Part shown: positions 26,574 through 40,702 of the stretch, one piece after another
How positions within the stretch are numbered: position 1 is the stretch's first letter
Layout of the letters: each line of letters starts with the position of its first letter
Assembly (NCBI GenBank): GCA_951406725.2
Contig: OX597837.1
Span: 2,170,001 to 2,234,000, forward strand
Source of the DNA: Octopus vulgaris
Taxonomy: Eukaryota
Direction of reading: 5' to 3'
Length of the DNA: 64,000 nucleotides
Notes under the pieces: generated by a model
Databases searched by the model: none
Told to the model about the DNA's origin: nothing
The model's input: only the letters and a program-made list of their open reading frames with translations
Position numbers and translations under genes: made by a program

Positions 26574-27516
26574 TGTATGCGCACAGACATACGTGTATGT
26601 CTATATGTATATGTATAGGTATGTATGAATGTATTATGAATGTATGTGTGTATGTATGCATGCATGTATATATGTATGAATGCAGTCGTGCACGTGTGTA
26701 TGCATGTATGCATGTATGTATGTATGCAAGTATGATATATATATATTTAAGTGTGTATTATGTATGTGTGTATGTATGCATGCATGCATGTCTGCATGCA
26801 TGTATATATATATATGTATGTATGTATAAATAGAGAGAGAGAGAGAGAGACAAACAGACAGACAGACAGACATATAGACATAAATAAATAGACATATACA
26901 TACGTACGTTTGAAAATACATACATACATACATACATACATACATACGTTCGTACCTGCATAGAGTAAGAAAACGAAAGAGAGTGATAGACCGGGGTGCG
27001 TACCCCGTAGCTCACCTGTGGAATGGATTTCACAAAAGATAAATAGACGCTATTTATCCACCACTCTTTTTTATGTCCAGGTGACATTTCCGTGTCGACG
27101 GTAAAAATGCCCCACAAGTCAAGTAACATAATTATTTGGACATTTTCCTCCTACTTCTCATTCACTGGCCAAAGAAAACAATATATAAATAAAAACATAG
27201 AATGCAACGTTAATTGACTAAATAATAAACGAAGGTAATTAAATTCAGCGACTTTCTCCGTTCCTTTTAATTGCCATATATTATGTTTTGCTGTGACATG
27301 TTTCTTGGAAACGCTCTTTCTTCTTCTTGTCCTACTTTTTAGACTTTCACCTTCAAATTCATTTTCTACAGTCCCCTACTTCTCCTTCTCTCTCTCTCCT
27401 TCTTGTCATTCCCCTCCCTGTACCATCTTCCTCACTCCACCTCCAATTCTTTTTCTTTTACCTTTTCTTCTTCACCGTCATCATCGTCGTCTCTCCTCCT
27501 CACTCTCATCTCTCTC

Positions 27517-27555
<39 letters not shown>

Positions 27556-27578
27556 ATATATGTATGTATGTATGTATG

Positions 27579-27612
<34 letters not shown>

Positions 27613-27618
27613 TGTATG

Positions 27619-27649
<31 letters not shown>

Positions 27650-27971
27650 GTATGTATGTATATTTTCTTTATCTTTTGCCTCTTCCAGCCATTTGACTGT
27701 GGCCATACTGAGAAAGAAAGAAAGAGAAACAGAAAGAAAGAAAGAAAGAATGATGAACATCATATACACACATACATACATACATACATACATACATACA
27801 TACATACATACATACATACATACATACATGCATACATACATACATACATACATATATATATATTTAGAGAGAAAGAAAGACAGAAAGAAAAGGAGAAAAA
27901 GAAGATGAATTTAATATATATATGAGAGAAAGAGAGAGAGAGAGAAAGAGAGAGATTGGTAAAATTGCTAG

Positions 27972-28018
27972 AGACAACTGATGAGAATCGAATAAGGTTC
28001 GAAAATCGATTAAGTCTA
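27972..28018 (+). ncRNA. Type I hammerhead ribozyme motif with canonical core
   Basis: AGACAA-CTGATGA-GAATC-gaataa-GGTTC-GAAA-ATCGAT-T-A-AGTCT. Canonical core, 5-bp stem II, palindromic stem III AATCGATT, UUA triplet. Stem I (AGAC/GTCT) is offset by mismatches. Confidence 0.6.
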
Positions 28019-28260
28019 TTCATCATTTTTTCACCCTACTTTTTAGACTCATTTTCAAATTCATTTCCACGACTCCCACTTCTCTCTCTCTCTTTCATTT
28101 TCTCCCCACCCCCTCACTTTCTTGTCATTCTACTCCATGTACCTTCTCCCTCACTCCACCTCTAATTCTTTCTTTTTTTTACCTTTTCTTTTTCACCGTC
28201 GTCATAAATTTACCCTATTCATACACCTACTATATGTGTGTAGGAATGTATGTATATCTG

Positions 28261-28291
<31 letters not shown>

Positions 28292-29218
28292 CTGTGCACG
28301 TGCGCGCATATTTGCCTCTTTATGGGGTTAGCATTTTTATTCTTTTCGCTTTTATTTCAATGGCTGAAATTTTAAAGATGTCAGCAAGTACCCAGCCTGA
28401 CAGAATCCACCCTATACACCAACCGTATACCACACGCTCTTCGTCTCTCCCCCGCCTCCTTCTTCCTTCCGTCCTTGTTTTCTCTCCCTTCCATCCCCCT
28501 TCCTTATTTTCGCGCTTTCTTCTTTCCCCTTCACCAACATCCTCCGAACACCTTACCCTCTTCCACCCCATCCGCCATCTTTATTTTCTTCTCATAAGAA
28601 ACTAAAAAAAAAGAAAGAAAAGCACCTGTCATCCTAAGACTGACTTGGACAATTATCACCTGACCCACACATCGTGCAAAATTTAGGGTCTCTTACCTTA
28701 GCGCTTCGCCCACCACCATCACCACCGCACCTTCCCCGCCAACAATCAAAGCAATTTCATTTTTACACTTATTGTTAGCTTGTTGTTGTTGTTGTAGTTG
28801 GTGTTTGTCTTTATACCACTCTTACTCTTGTCATTTGTTCTTGTTCTTGTTGTTCTTACCGCTGCTCTTATAATTGAAGTTGTCATTGATGTTTTTAGCT
28901 TTGTGTTGTTGCTGTTGTTGTTGCTATTTCTTATGGCTCACTCTCTCCTTCTTCTTCTTGTGCTTGTTGTCGTAATTATTATTGCTGACACTATACTTGA
29001 TTCTTTTCCTATTGTTGTCCACTTCTTGTTGTTGCTGTTGTACTCCGTGTTCGTTTTTAAAGCTGTGAAGCAGCCGGAAGTCAAGTCATGTTTCCGTGCC
29101 ACCCACTTCAAAGCAAGATCGACAACGCAACTGGAGGCAGTGGCCACCAAAGCAGTCGCTGTTTCAAACAGAAATGGCTTCTACTTCCACACTAACTTCC
29201 ACACACACACACACACAC

Positions 29219-29257
<39 letters not shown>

Positions 29258-29429
29258 ACACACACAAATATACATACACACACACGGACACACACACGCA
29301 AACACACAAACATGCAAGCATACACACACATCCATACACATGCATGCACCTTCCCCCAAAGGTGAGAGCATTTATTTGCTGACGATGAAGACGAAAAGGC
29401 ATTTTGCTCATGGCCTTCAAAGACCTTCA

Positions 29430-29790
29430 AAGACCGGTCACATTGATCTTAATGTTCTGCTTAATCTGCTACAACACATCAAGATAAACCGGAAAGATAT
29501 CAGCATCAAGGGAATTCCAGAGGGATAACGTTGTGAGGAGAAAGGATTGGATATAGTGCCTATTGTGGAACATGGTGAAGTGGATAAAGTATGGGTGATG
29601 AGAGGATGAGTGGCGAATGAGTTGTGAGTTTCTGGGTTGAGGAATAGATGGTACGAGACTGACTATCCAGAAATGAGGAACAGAGGCCGTTATAGTAACG
29701 GTAGAACTGATAGAGAGAGGACAGTGTGCACGTCTGTGAGCAATGGTCTTGTGCATGTCATTGCGCGATTCTTAAATCACTGATTGCCTA
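29430..29790 (-). mobile_element. CR1/Zenon-like LINE 3' end relic
   Basis: Minus strand reads IAHRR..., FYRYYNGLCSS, LVP...RHSSSHHPY...SFLLTTLSLWNSLDADIFP, typical of the ORF2 C-terminus of CR1-group LINEs. Frameshifted. Confidence 0.65.
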
Positions 29791-31428
29791 AAAGAATGTC
29801 AGTGACAGTATGTGTGTATGTATATATGTACGCATGGGTATGTATGTGTGTATGCATGTGTGTATATCAGCTCGTATGCGCACGTATGCTTACACGTGGG
29901 TGCACGTGTGCGCATGTATGTTTATACGTGTTTGCTTGTGTGTTTTATTTGTGTGTGAACCGTGTGTTCGTGAGTCTTTGTGTGTGTGTGTGAATGTGTG
30001 AGCATCTGTATGTGTGTGAATGTGTGTGAATCTGTAGGTGTGTGCGTGTGTATATGTGTCTGTGTGTGCGTGTATGGGTATGAATGTGTGTGCGTGTGTT
30101 AATGTGTCTGCAGCACTTTCCCAGATATAGAAACGATACTTACTTTCTACCTGCAGCAACAATTCTATGTGATCAATTGTGAAAAAAAATTACTATATTG
30201 ACATTAAGGAAAGGAATTTCAAGAGATCAACACGGTATGGAGTAAGCATGTAATGCAGACACGACAAAATATATAGCAGAATGCATGTATACATATTTAC
30301 AAACCAGACCTTATTGGAGAGGCTCACGTTATATTGGCATAATAGAAGGAAAGATTAAGCAACGTTCGTTTAACCAGTCAAATATTTCAACAAATTTTCC
30401 TGTTAGTATCGCTATTTCGCCCTTACGTCAAGGAATTTCAGGAGCATTGAAGCAATGTAGAGGAGGAAATAAGAGGAAATACCACAGTATAGGAAAAATT
30501 TAGGCGTAGAGAAAGTTTAGTGATGGTACTGTCATCTTGCGGTCTCAATCTTTTGAAGATGCTTGTATATTTTGACGAGATAATAATACTAATAAACAAA
30601 ATCAATTGTATATGTTTATTATTATTATAAACATACGCAATGAATAATGAATAATGAACTTGCTGGTTTGATGTCGTACAAGAATAGCAGATTTCAGATC
30701 GGAGTGTTTTTGCTATGATCATGTGAACAGGGATTTTTATATTACCAAACACACAACAAACTCACTTACGCAACCATAGACATGTATATATCTATATATA
30801 TATGTATGTGCGTTTGTGTGTGTAGATACGCATACATATATATATATATATATATTCATATATAGGTGTGTGTGTATGTACATGTGTGTATCTAGAAAGA
30901 GGGGGAGAGGGAAAGGGACAGGGAGAATTGGGGGGAGAGAGATGTGTGTGCATTTATTTCTATGTATAAGTATTTGAGTGTTCGAGTATTTACACTCTCT
31001 GCACTTGTCTGCCTGCCACTTTCCTTCTTCCCCCTCTCTCTTTCTCTCTCTCTCTCTCTCACTCACACACACACGCATACAAACACGCATACACACACAT
31101 ACTCACCCTTACATATACGCCGTACAATCTCTGATTTAATTATATTCGTGCTTAAGAACGAGAATAGCGTCTTACATGCCTTGACTGACAAGATGGCTGT
31201 CCCCGGCCATTATATGCTTATTATGGGCTTCTGCTATGTACAACAACAACAACAACACACACACACACGAACTCACACGCAAACACACACACACACACAA
31301 ACGCACAAACACATACACACACATTCAGACACATGTATACATATATATGCGTGTACGTAAATATGTATGCTTGTATGTAAGTATGTATGTATGTATGAAT
31401 GTGTGTGTGTGTATGTATGTATGTGTGT

Positions 31429-31466
<38 letters not shown>

Positions 31467-31920
31467 TGGCAGCTTATTTGTGTAGAGATTGTGTGGTAGA
31501 AGGTGCCGAGAGGCAAGTGGGGTACAGAGGGCGAGAAATAGGAGAGTCGGGTGTTTGGGCTTTGTAGTAGCAGAAAGTGAGAGTAAATGAGCGATGAGCA
31601 GATAACGGAAGAAACAAGAACGAAGAGAGAGAGAGAGAGAGAGAGAGGGGGGAGGCGAGGGAGAGAGAGAGACGGGGAAGAGAAGGGGAGAGAGTAGTGT
31701 GGAGTGAGTTTAGCTCATCGATGACTCAAGCGACCACTGAGCAGAATCTCATTTATTCTTCAGAACAACTAGACGTCTAGAATATTATATACGTTTGCAT
31801 ATTGTTATATGCATACATACAAACGTATGTGTGTGTGTCTGTACATATACAGATGCATGTATATATTTATATGTGTATGTATCTACTTACATCATATATA
31901 CATATATGTGTATAAATATA

Positions 31921-31975
<55 letters not shown>

Positions 31976-32759
31976 GTATGTATGTATGTATGTATGCATG
32001 TAAACGTGCACAGGCCCATATACATATGCACATGTATACACACGCACGCACACAAACACACACAGATATGTACAGTGAGAAAATTATATATATATATATA
32101 TAAATGTGCATGTATGTATGTATGTATGTATATGTGTGTGTGTGGGTGTGATAGATATATATCATTAAATATATCTATTATCAGAACAATATTATTTACT
32201 AAAAATCAAATGGACACACACACACGCACGCACACGTACACACACACACACACACAAACCTACAACAAGCAAGTCACAAGGACACCAAAGTGTCTCCGGA
32301 TACTTATTCGAGTGTTTTCACGCCATTTTCTGAATAAACTCTCCTGAAAAGAGGTAGAAATGTCACATAAGAAGTAAAAAATGGGGCCTATTATATCCCT
32401 AATATATTTACAAAATGGGAACATTACGTGTCTTAATTATGTGATATCCAATAGAATACGATGTTATATACAATGTGGACTCTCTCGTTATATATTGTCC
32501 ACTGTTATATATATTGAATGGATGAAATATCAATCGGAATAATAAATAGAAAATGGCTATTATTTTCTTCTTCTTCTTCTTCGTCTTTTTTCTTCTTCTT
32601 CTTCTTCTTCTTCTTCTTCTTCTTCTTCTTCTTCTTCTTCTTCTTCTTCTACTACTTCTTCTTCTACTTCTTCTTCTCCTTCTTCTTCTTCTTCTCTTTC
32701 TTCTTCTTCTGGTGCTGCTGCTACTACTACGACTATCACACTACTACTACTACTACTAT

Positions 32760-32798
<39 letters not shown>

Positions 32799-33345
32799 AA
32801 CTATTACCACCACCACCGCCACCACCACCCTAATACTACCATCTCTTCTTGATCGTGATCTTTTTCTTTCTCTTCTAATTTTTCTTCAGCTTCTTATTCT
32901 TGTTCTGGTTTTCCTCTTTGTACACTCTTCTTCTTCTACTTCTACTTCTTCTTCTTCTTCCTTTTCTTCTCCTCCTGCTCCTCTTCCTACTCCTTCCCCC
33001 TCTTTTCCTAATCCTTCTTGTCATTTCTTTTAGGGTGGTGTTGATTCTTGTAGCTTTCCTCGTTGCTGACCAATGCTTTATTTTGGTGGATATCGTTACA
33101 GTAGGGATGGTCATGGCATTAATGGCGACGGTGGGAATGGTGGGGATTGTTATCAAAATATATGTAATGCCCTTATATCTTTTATATATTCCACTCCTTG
33201 TAAGTACATATGCGCATACAAACACATATAACTATATATAAATACATATATATACATATATACATATGTATATATATATATATATAGATATATATACACA
33301 TATATATACATATATACATATGTATACATACATATATACGTATAT

Positions 33346-33412
<67 letters not shown>

Positions 33413-33770
33413 AACACAAATTTGTGCATAAAAGTATATGTATGTTTGTATGTATGTATGTATATATATATGTATGTGTGTGTATTTATGTATATATGTA
33501 TATATATATATATACATATATAAACCTTTTAGTAGAGACCGATGGATTGCTTCTCAGTACAGCCAACAAGGGCGGAGATACATCGATAAATAGATTGATT
33601 TATAGATATATGCATATATATATATACATACATCTATATGTATATATATACAAATAAATATGCATAAATATATGTGTATATATGTACATGTATATATATA
33701 TATATACAAACAAATATGCATAAATATATGTGTATGTATATATATATATTAATACATACATATATCTATA

Positions 33771-33851
<81 letters not shown>

Positions 33852-34601
33852 CTTTTCTTATAGATTAAGGATTGCTTTTCAGTAAAGCCACCAAGGGGCA
33901 AATATTCTATAAACATCTTTTATAAAAATCTTTTAAAATTCCTTCGTCCTTTCATTCCCAGATATTTCAGAACTATCCTCCGCTTGTATGTGCGCTCGCG
34001 TGGTTCTGTGAATGTGGATTTGTGTATGTGCGCATGCGTACAGACGTATACGTACGTATGCATTTATGGCCGAATGTGTCATGTCAGTAAACAAGGCTCT
34101 AGTTTAGAGACGTTAGGTCAACATTGAAAACACCTAGTACTACCCTCCAGGTCCGCTGTACTCCGAGTTCAATTCTTACCGTGGTCGGATTAGCCGTACA
34201 TCATTCTCGGTCAATAATTAAAACGCCAATCTAGAAATAAGCTAGATTTTTTCTGTTTTTCATTAACTCACCTCATCTTTTTCGTCTTTTTTCCCCTCCA
34301 GTTTTCTCCCTCTCTCTACCACTCCCTACTCATACAACCGTCAAACCCCTCCACACACACACTCATACATACATACATACATACATACATACATACCATC
34401 TAATTTATGGTAAATGTTTTTGATTTTCTTTCCCTTGGTGAATTTATACCTAATTAGTGGTTTGAGATGTTTACTGCTCTTTCTAGCGCAAGGCTTTCCT
34501 ATGATGGAAGCCTCTTAATATGTTTTAAAGTACACAATATTTTTATATGTGTATTTGCATGTATGTATGTATGTATGTATGTATGTATGTATGTATGTAT
34601 G

Positions 34602-34697
<96 letters not shown>

Positions 34698-34840
34698 CAT
34701 ACATATACACATAGATCAAAAATAGGAGCGCGTTGCGTTACCTGAATAATATTTTCAGAAGTCAAACACGTGTAGTAATAACGTAGACATCTCCCAGTTT
34801 TATGCGTTAAAGTATCTTTGTATATCTTATATATGCTTGT

Positions 34841-34882
<42 letters not shown>

Positions 34883-35388
34883 ATACATACATACATACAT
34901 ATATACATGCATACATACGCATTCACAGTTACTAATCCACACACACAAACACACAGACACACACAGGCAAGCATACATGCGTATATTAAATCCGGTCCGA
35001 AATGTTGTGTACGTCCAAAATCTTAACCTAAACGATTTCCTTCAAATGTCTGACTCTGACTACGAAAAGATTACAATCAAAGATTCCACTTTGGCATTTC
35101 AGAAAGCCAGAACAGCTTCTCTTACAGTTCATTGAAGTCTAAAGTTTCAAAACAAACAAGATTTTTGAGCAGAGATTAAGGCCCTTTCAACTCTAATGTC
35201 AAATCGATATTTGTTGCATTGAGTTAGAAACATGGCGGTCGGGCGGACAGTGAAAATAACAGAAACATCAGCGAAAACGAAAGTAGAAAAATAACAGGAA
35301 GAAGAAAAAACAGCAATAAATGAAGAGACGAACAAGTACATACATACATACATACATACATACATACATACATACATACATACATACA

Positions 35389-35479
<91 letters not shown>

Positions 35480-35804
35480 GTGTGTGTGTGTATGTGTGGA
35501 TGTATAAGAGAAACTTGAAGAAAACAGTGCTTAGCTTAAAATGGTAAAGATATTAATAAATAGAGTTCTTTTCGGGATAATATGCTCGATCGTTCAAAGC
35601 GGATTTTTGTCAACAACACCGATGTTCACAGACTGAGATTAAGAATAAAGAATAAAGTATAAAGCAAATATATGCGAAAAAAAGCATCATATAATGACAG
35701 GAACGACAAGGACAAACATGCTACCACCTCTACTATGAATAATAATAATGATGATAATGATGACGACGACGACGATAATGATGATAATAATAAGAAGAAG
35801 AATG

Positions 35805-35838
<34 letters not shown>

Positions 35839-35869
35839 AGATGATGAAGATGGTGATGATGATGGTCCT

Positions 35870-36297
35870 TTGTACTAGAGGTACAAGGCCTAAAAGTTTT
35901 TAGGGTGGAGGTTTGTCGGTTACATCGATACCAGTACGTAACTGGTACTTATTTCATTGGCCCCAAAGGAATGAACGGCAAAGTTGAACCCAGTGGATTT
36001 GAACTCAGAACATAAAGACGGACAAAATGACGCTAAGCATCTCGTCCGGCGTGCTAACGATTCTGCCATCTCGCCACCTCAATAATAATAATAATCCATT
36101 CTCCTATAAGCACAAGGCCTGAAATTTGGGTGCAGTGACAGTCGATTTCATCGACCCCAGTGTTTCACAGGTACTTAATTTCTCGACCTTCAAAAGGATG
36201 AAAGGCAAAGTCGACCTCGTTGGATTTTGAACTCAGAATCTGCATACGGATGAAATACCGCTAAGCATTTTTTCCGACCTTGTAATGACTCTACCAG
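35870..36297 (-). mobile_element. Two tandem SINE family B copies
   Basis: 35870-36079 and 36096-36297 each read ACAAGGCCT...ATCGA..CCAG...GGTACTTA...GGCAAAGT.GA...GAACTCAGAA...GCTAAGCAT. Confidence 0.8.
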
Positions 36298-36611
36298 ATT
36301 ATTTTTCTCTCAAGTCCACAATGTTCTTGCGGCATTCGTTGGTGTGCAGTCCAGTAGAATCCAACCTGTTCCACTAGCTTAATTCGAAATTTAACAATCC
36401 CACGGCACATGACAGTTTGGGTCGACCTTTGTAGGATTTGAACTCAGCATGCGAAGGGACATGGTTAAATTTGCGTGACATAGCATCGGATGATCTTGCG
36501 GTTTAATCAAATTTTTCATCCTCTAACTGACTGGCATGAAATACCACACATTCCCTGTGGCAATCCTTTAATCTTCTGTCTATCTGGCTGGCTGGCTGGT
36601 TGGCTGGCTAA

Positions 36612-36684
<73 letters not shown>

Positions 36685-36782
36685 CAGACAGGTAGACAAA
36701 CGGACAGACAGACAGGCGGGCAGACATGCAGATAGACAGATTGATTTATCTATCAATATATATATGTACATACACACACGCA

Positions 36783-36982
36783 TATAGTTGAAATTTATAG
36801 AGAAACAAAAGATGAAGACAGTTGTTTGAACAACAAGGAAGTGTATTATTTTGACGCTCAGGACAAATGAAAATGTCTTTTACGTTTCGATCCTGCGCTC
36901 TTCAACAGAAAGGAATATGAGGAAAATAAACAGAGAGAAAATACAAAAAACACGTGTGGAGTTCAGCGGTCCAGCATGGCGA
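36783..36982 (-). mobile_element. Second copy of the hammerhead-bearing short repeat (10041 family)
   Basis: Minus strand at 36875-36915 reads TTCCTTT-CTGTTGA-A-GAGC-gcag-GATC-GAAA-CG-T-A-AAAGAC; flanks are homologous to 10041-10240. Confidence 0.65.
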
Positions 36983-37605
36983 TTGACTGTACAAAAAGAG
37001 GTTGAAAAAAAAGGGAGATAATAATAAAATATATTTTGAATGAAAGGGAGATAAGAATATTGCTAGTGATCTCAACAAGAGAAAGTGCACGTGCGTCTGT
37101 GCGTATATGAGAATGGTGTGTGTGTGTGTGTGTGTGAGTGTGCATGTGTGAATAGGGGTGAGTGACTATGACGTGTGTGAGTGTGTGTGTGCGCGTGAGA
37201 GTTGTGTGTACAGGGAAGGACAAAGGGAGCAGAAGTGTTTGAGTGCAAGAAGCCCTATGTTGTGCGGGATCACCGTATATAAACTTTTAATGTCAAGAGT
37301 GAACATAAATTTAGAGGGGCCAGAAGGGAAAAAGAAGAGTGAAACAGACGGATAGCATGGTAAGTGTCGTGGATGAGGGAGGGGAGATAAGCTATTGGGA
37401 GGGAACACGGTCGAATATATATATATATATATATATATAATAAATATTAGGGAATAAATCCAAATTTACAGGGAAAAAATCAGATTTAGGATTAAATCCA
37501 ATTTTATAGTAAAATATTATAAAATATTATTAGAGACAAAACCACTATTTTGCAAAACAAACAAGGAAAGACTTAATCAATACATAAAATTTTAATAAAT
37601 ATATA

Positions 37606-37806
37606 CTCTCTTTTACTTGTTTCAGTCATTTGACTGCAGCCATGCTGGAGCACCGCCTTTAGTCGTTCAAATCGATCCCGGGACTTATTCTTTGTAAGCC
37701 CAGTACTTATTCTATCGGTCTCTTTTGCCGAACCGCTAAGTTACGGGGACGTAAACACACCAGCATCGGTTGTCAAGCAAACACAGACACACAAACATAC
37801 ACACAA

Positions 37807-37848
<42 letters not shown>

Positions 37849-38010
37849 GGCAGGCTTCTTTCAGTTTCCGTCTACCAAATCCACTCACAAGGCATTGGTC
37901 GGCCCGAGGCTATAGTGGAAGACACTTGCCCAAGATGCCACGCAGTGGGACTGAACCCGGAACCATGTGGTTGGTAAGCAAGCTACTTACCACACAGCCA
38001 CTCCTGCGCC
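37606..38010 (-). mobile_element. Full-length SINE family A
   Basis: Reverse complement of the 49451-49865 copy, with tRNA-like head, internal microsatellite and GGCGGTGCTCCAGCATGGC...GACTGAAACAAGTAAAAGAG tail. Confidence 0.9.
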
Positions 38011-38020
38011 TATATATATA

Positions 38021-38152
38021 TAGCTTGCTTACGAACCACATGGTTCGGAGTTCAGTCCCACTGCGTGGCACCTTGGCAAACGTCTACTACTATAGCCCCG
38101 GGCCGACCATAGCCTTGTTGGCGGAAACTGAAAGAAGCCCGTCGTAAATATG

Positions 38153-38199
<47 letters not shown>

Positions 38200-38295
38200 T
38201 TGTGTGTCTGTGTTTGTGTCCCCAAGATCGCTTGACAACCGATGTTGGTGTGTTTACGTCCCCCGTAACTTAGAATAAGTACTAGGTTAGAAAGA
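38021..38295 (+). mobile_element. SINE family A, truncated, head-to-head with the previous copy
   Basis: TAGCTTGCTTACGAACCACATGGTTCGGAGTTCAGTCCCACTGCGTGGCACC...CGCTTGACAACCGATG. Confidence 0.85.
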
Positions 38296-38444
38296 ATAAT
38301 ATATATAAATGTATTTATGACTCTTTATCTGTCTCTATCTATTTGTCTGTCTATCTGATTTATTCTATATCATTTCATATATCTATCTGGCTATCTATTT
38401 GTTTACCTGTCTATCTATATATCTATTTACTTATTTCACACACA

Positions 38445-38498
<54 letters not shown>

Positions 38499-38714
38499 TT
38501 TTCTATCCTTCTGCCTGTCAGTCTATGTATATATCCATCCATCTGTCTATCTATCTATCCATCTATCTACCTACCTAACTATTTATCTATCTATCTATCT
38601 ATTGCTCTATCCATCCATCCATCATTTATGTGTCTATCTATCTATCCACTTATTTAGCTATCTGTCTATCTATCTAATCGTCCATCTATCTATCTATCAA
38701 ACTATCTATCTATC

Positions 38715-39615
38715 CACGAAGGCATTCTATAGAGGATTAGTGGGGGGGTGCAACGACGTTTTGGGAGAGACTCTGGGTGTCGACGAAGAATACCTGACTC
38801 GCCACTTCGGGACGGCTTTCAGGCCAGGACCTATAAACAATTTCCAGAGATCCCTGGCCTGGCAGTACTATCGGGAATCATTGTTCGTTTGATGTAAACT
38901 CAACAGACACGGTTCAAGTAACACCGGACCGACCTGCCCGAGTTGCGGCCAGAGCGATGAAACCGTTCTGCACGCACTCATGCAATGTCCAAGCATTTCA
39001 GACCTGTGGGCCTACGTCGAACGGCTGCTGTCACGGGTGGGACGAATTCGGTTGTCAGCGGAGTCTATCGTGAATATAGCCCCACCACCTTCCTTTAACC
39101 AGGAATGCATTTTACTGGTGGCTATGGTGAAAGAATGTGTATGGTGGACTCCTTTGAAAGGTTTAGAGACAAACACTTTCCTCTCTGGCCAACCGCATCA
39201 ACTTTTTCAAGTATCGCTTGAAAAGGAAGTTGAGAATAGAGAGGGAAGTTTTGTATAATGTAAAGTTTAGCAAAAGGTGGGTGAATTTGGCAAGGATAGT
39301 AAACATGAATGACGGAACCTATAAAACGGAACCTATAAAACGGAACCTATAAAACAAAGAGAGAAAGAGTGCTTTGCTCTCATGTTATTTATTTTCTTTG
39401 TGGTTCTTTGTCGTGGGTTTTTCTTTCCACGGATAAACTAAGTCAATGTTATATTTACTTTTGGGAACTCTAATTGTTGAAAACGACACTTTTGTTATTT
39501 CCTTGTGTATATGTCCCAAAGCTTTTTCGATCCCTTTTGATCGTTTTCGAAAAGAAAAATTCTACATTGTATTGTCCCCTCTGTGTTCAGTCCTGCGTGA
39601 CTAATAAAGAAATCT
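38715..39615 (+). mobile_element. Tx1/L1-like LINE 3' end (Cys/His zinc-knuckle region + 3' UTR)
   Basis: Start is homologous to 48920-49025. Encodes CPSCGQSDETVLHALMQCP. AATAAA at 39603 is followed by (ATCT)n. Confidence 0.85.
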
Positions 39616-39616
39616 T

Positions 39617-39733
<117 letters not shown>

Positions 39734-39882
39734 GCACATATATATATATCCATCTATCTATTGTCTATCTGCCTCCCTGCCTGTCTATCTAATCATCTAT
39801 CTATGTCTCTATCCCTCTTTCATAATATCTATATGTTTCATTCATTTATCTCTCTCTCTCGCTCGCTCCCTCTCTCTCTCTC

Positions 39883-39918
<36 letters not shown>

Positions 39919-40057
39919 AATCTATATGCCTTTCAGTTCGTCTGAAACTCATTGTCTCCGTGACCCCCTGACAGGAACAAGGTCACACATACTTCTTAAC
40001 CAGATCGTATCGACTCCAGTACTCGGCCAAAACTTATTTTACCGCAGCATCATATAC

Positions 40058-40535
40058 CAGCACCATCGTCACCACCACCACCACCACCACCACCATCAGC
40101 TGTACCACCACCAGCAGCAGTACCACCACCATCACCACCACCACCACCACCACCAACACCACCAACACCACCAACACCAACACCACCACCACCACCATCA
40201 GCAGCAGTACCAGCACCATCACCATCACCACCACCACCACCACCACCACCACCACCACCACCATCAGCTGTACCACCACCAGCAGCAGTACCACCACCAC
40301 CACCACCACCATCAGCTGTACCACCACCAGCAGCAGTACCACCACCATCACCATCACCACCACCACCACCACCACCACCATCAGCTGTACCACCACCAGC
40401 AGCAGTACCACCACCACCACCACCACCACCAACACCAACACCACCACCACCACCATCAGCAGCACCACCACCACCACCACCACCACCACCACCACCATCA
40501 TCACCATCAGCAGCACCACCACCATCACCACCTGT
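40058..40535. repeat. Compound (CAC)n/(CAG)n repeat with higher-order unit CATCAGCTGTACCACCACCAGCAGCAGTAC
   Basis: The unit is seen four times, separated by variable CAC runs. Confidence 0.9.
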
Positions 40536-40702
40536 ACAATTGTAACATGAGAGGGGTATTTGATCCTCGTTAGAGTTTCTTTCAGTTCTTGACAGACGTT
40601 CAGAAACTTACTTCAGCATTAATAGCAATAATGATAATAACGGTTTAAAATTTCGGCACAAGGCCAGCAATTTTGGAGAAGGGGCTAAGCGGATCTCCTA
40701 TA

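Noticed and set aside
27065-27110. Possible 20-nt plus-strand microexon TTTTTTATGTCCAG|...|GTAAAA
   Set aside because: The donor is weak, and such matches are expected by chance in 64 kb of AT-rich DNA.
29050-29200. GC-balanced island after TTTTTAAAG as a possible exon
   Set aside because: Two frames are open but give no recognisable protein; the acceptor is weak and there is no donor.
33522-33915. Two diverged ~65-bp direct repeats (GGATTGCTT.TCAGTA.AGCCA.CAAGGG) around (TA)n
   Set aside because: Most simply an old local duplication; no structure or motif was recognised.
39761-40573. 270-aa His/Gln-rich ORF as a metal-binding or structural protein
   Set aside because: It arises from CT and CAC/CAG repeats and is open on both strands; there is no signal peptide, splice context or non-repetitive domain.
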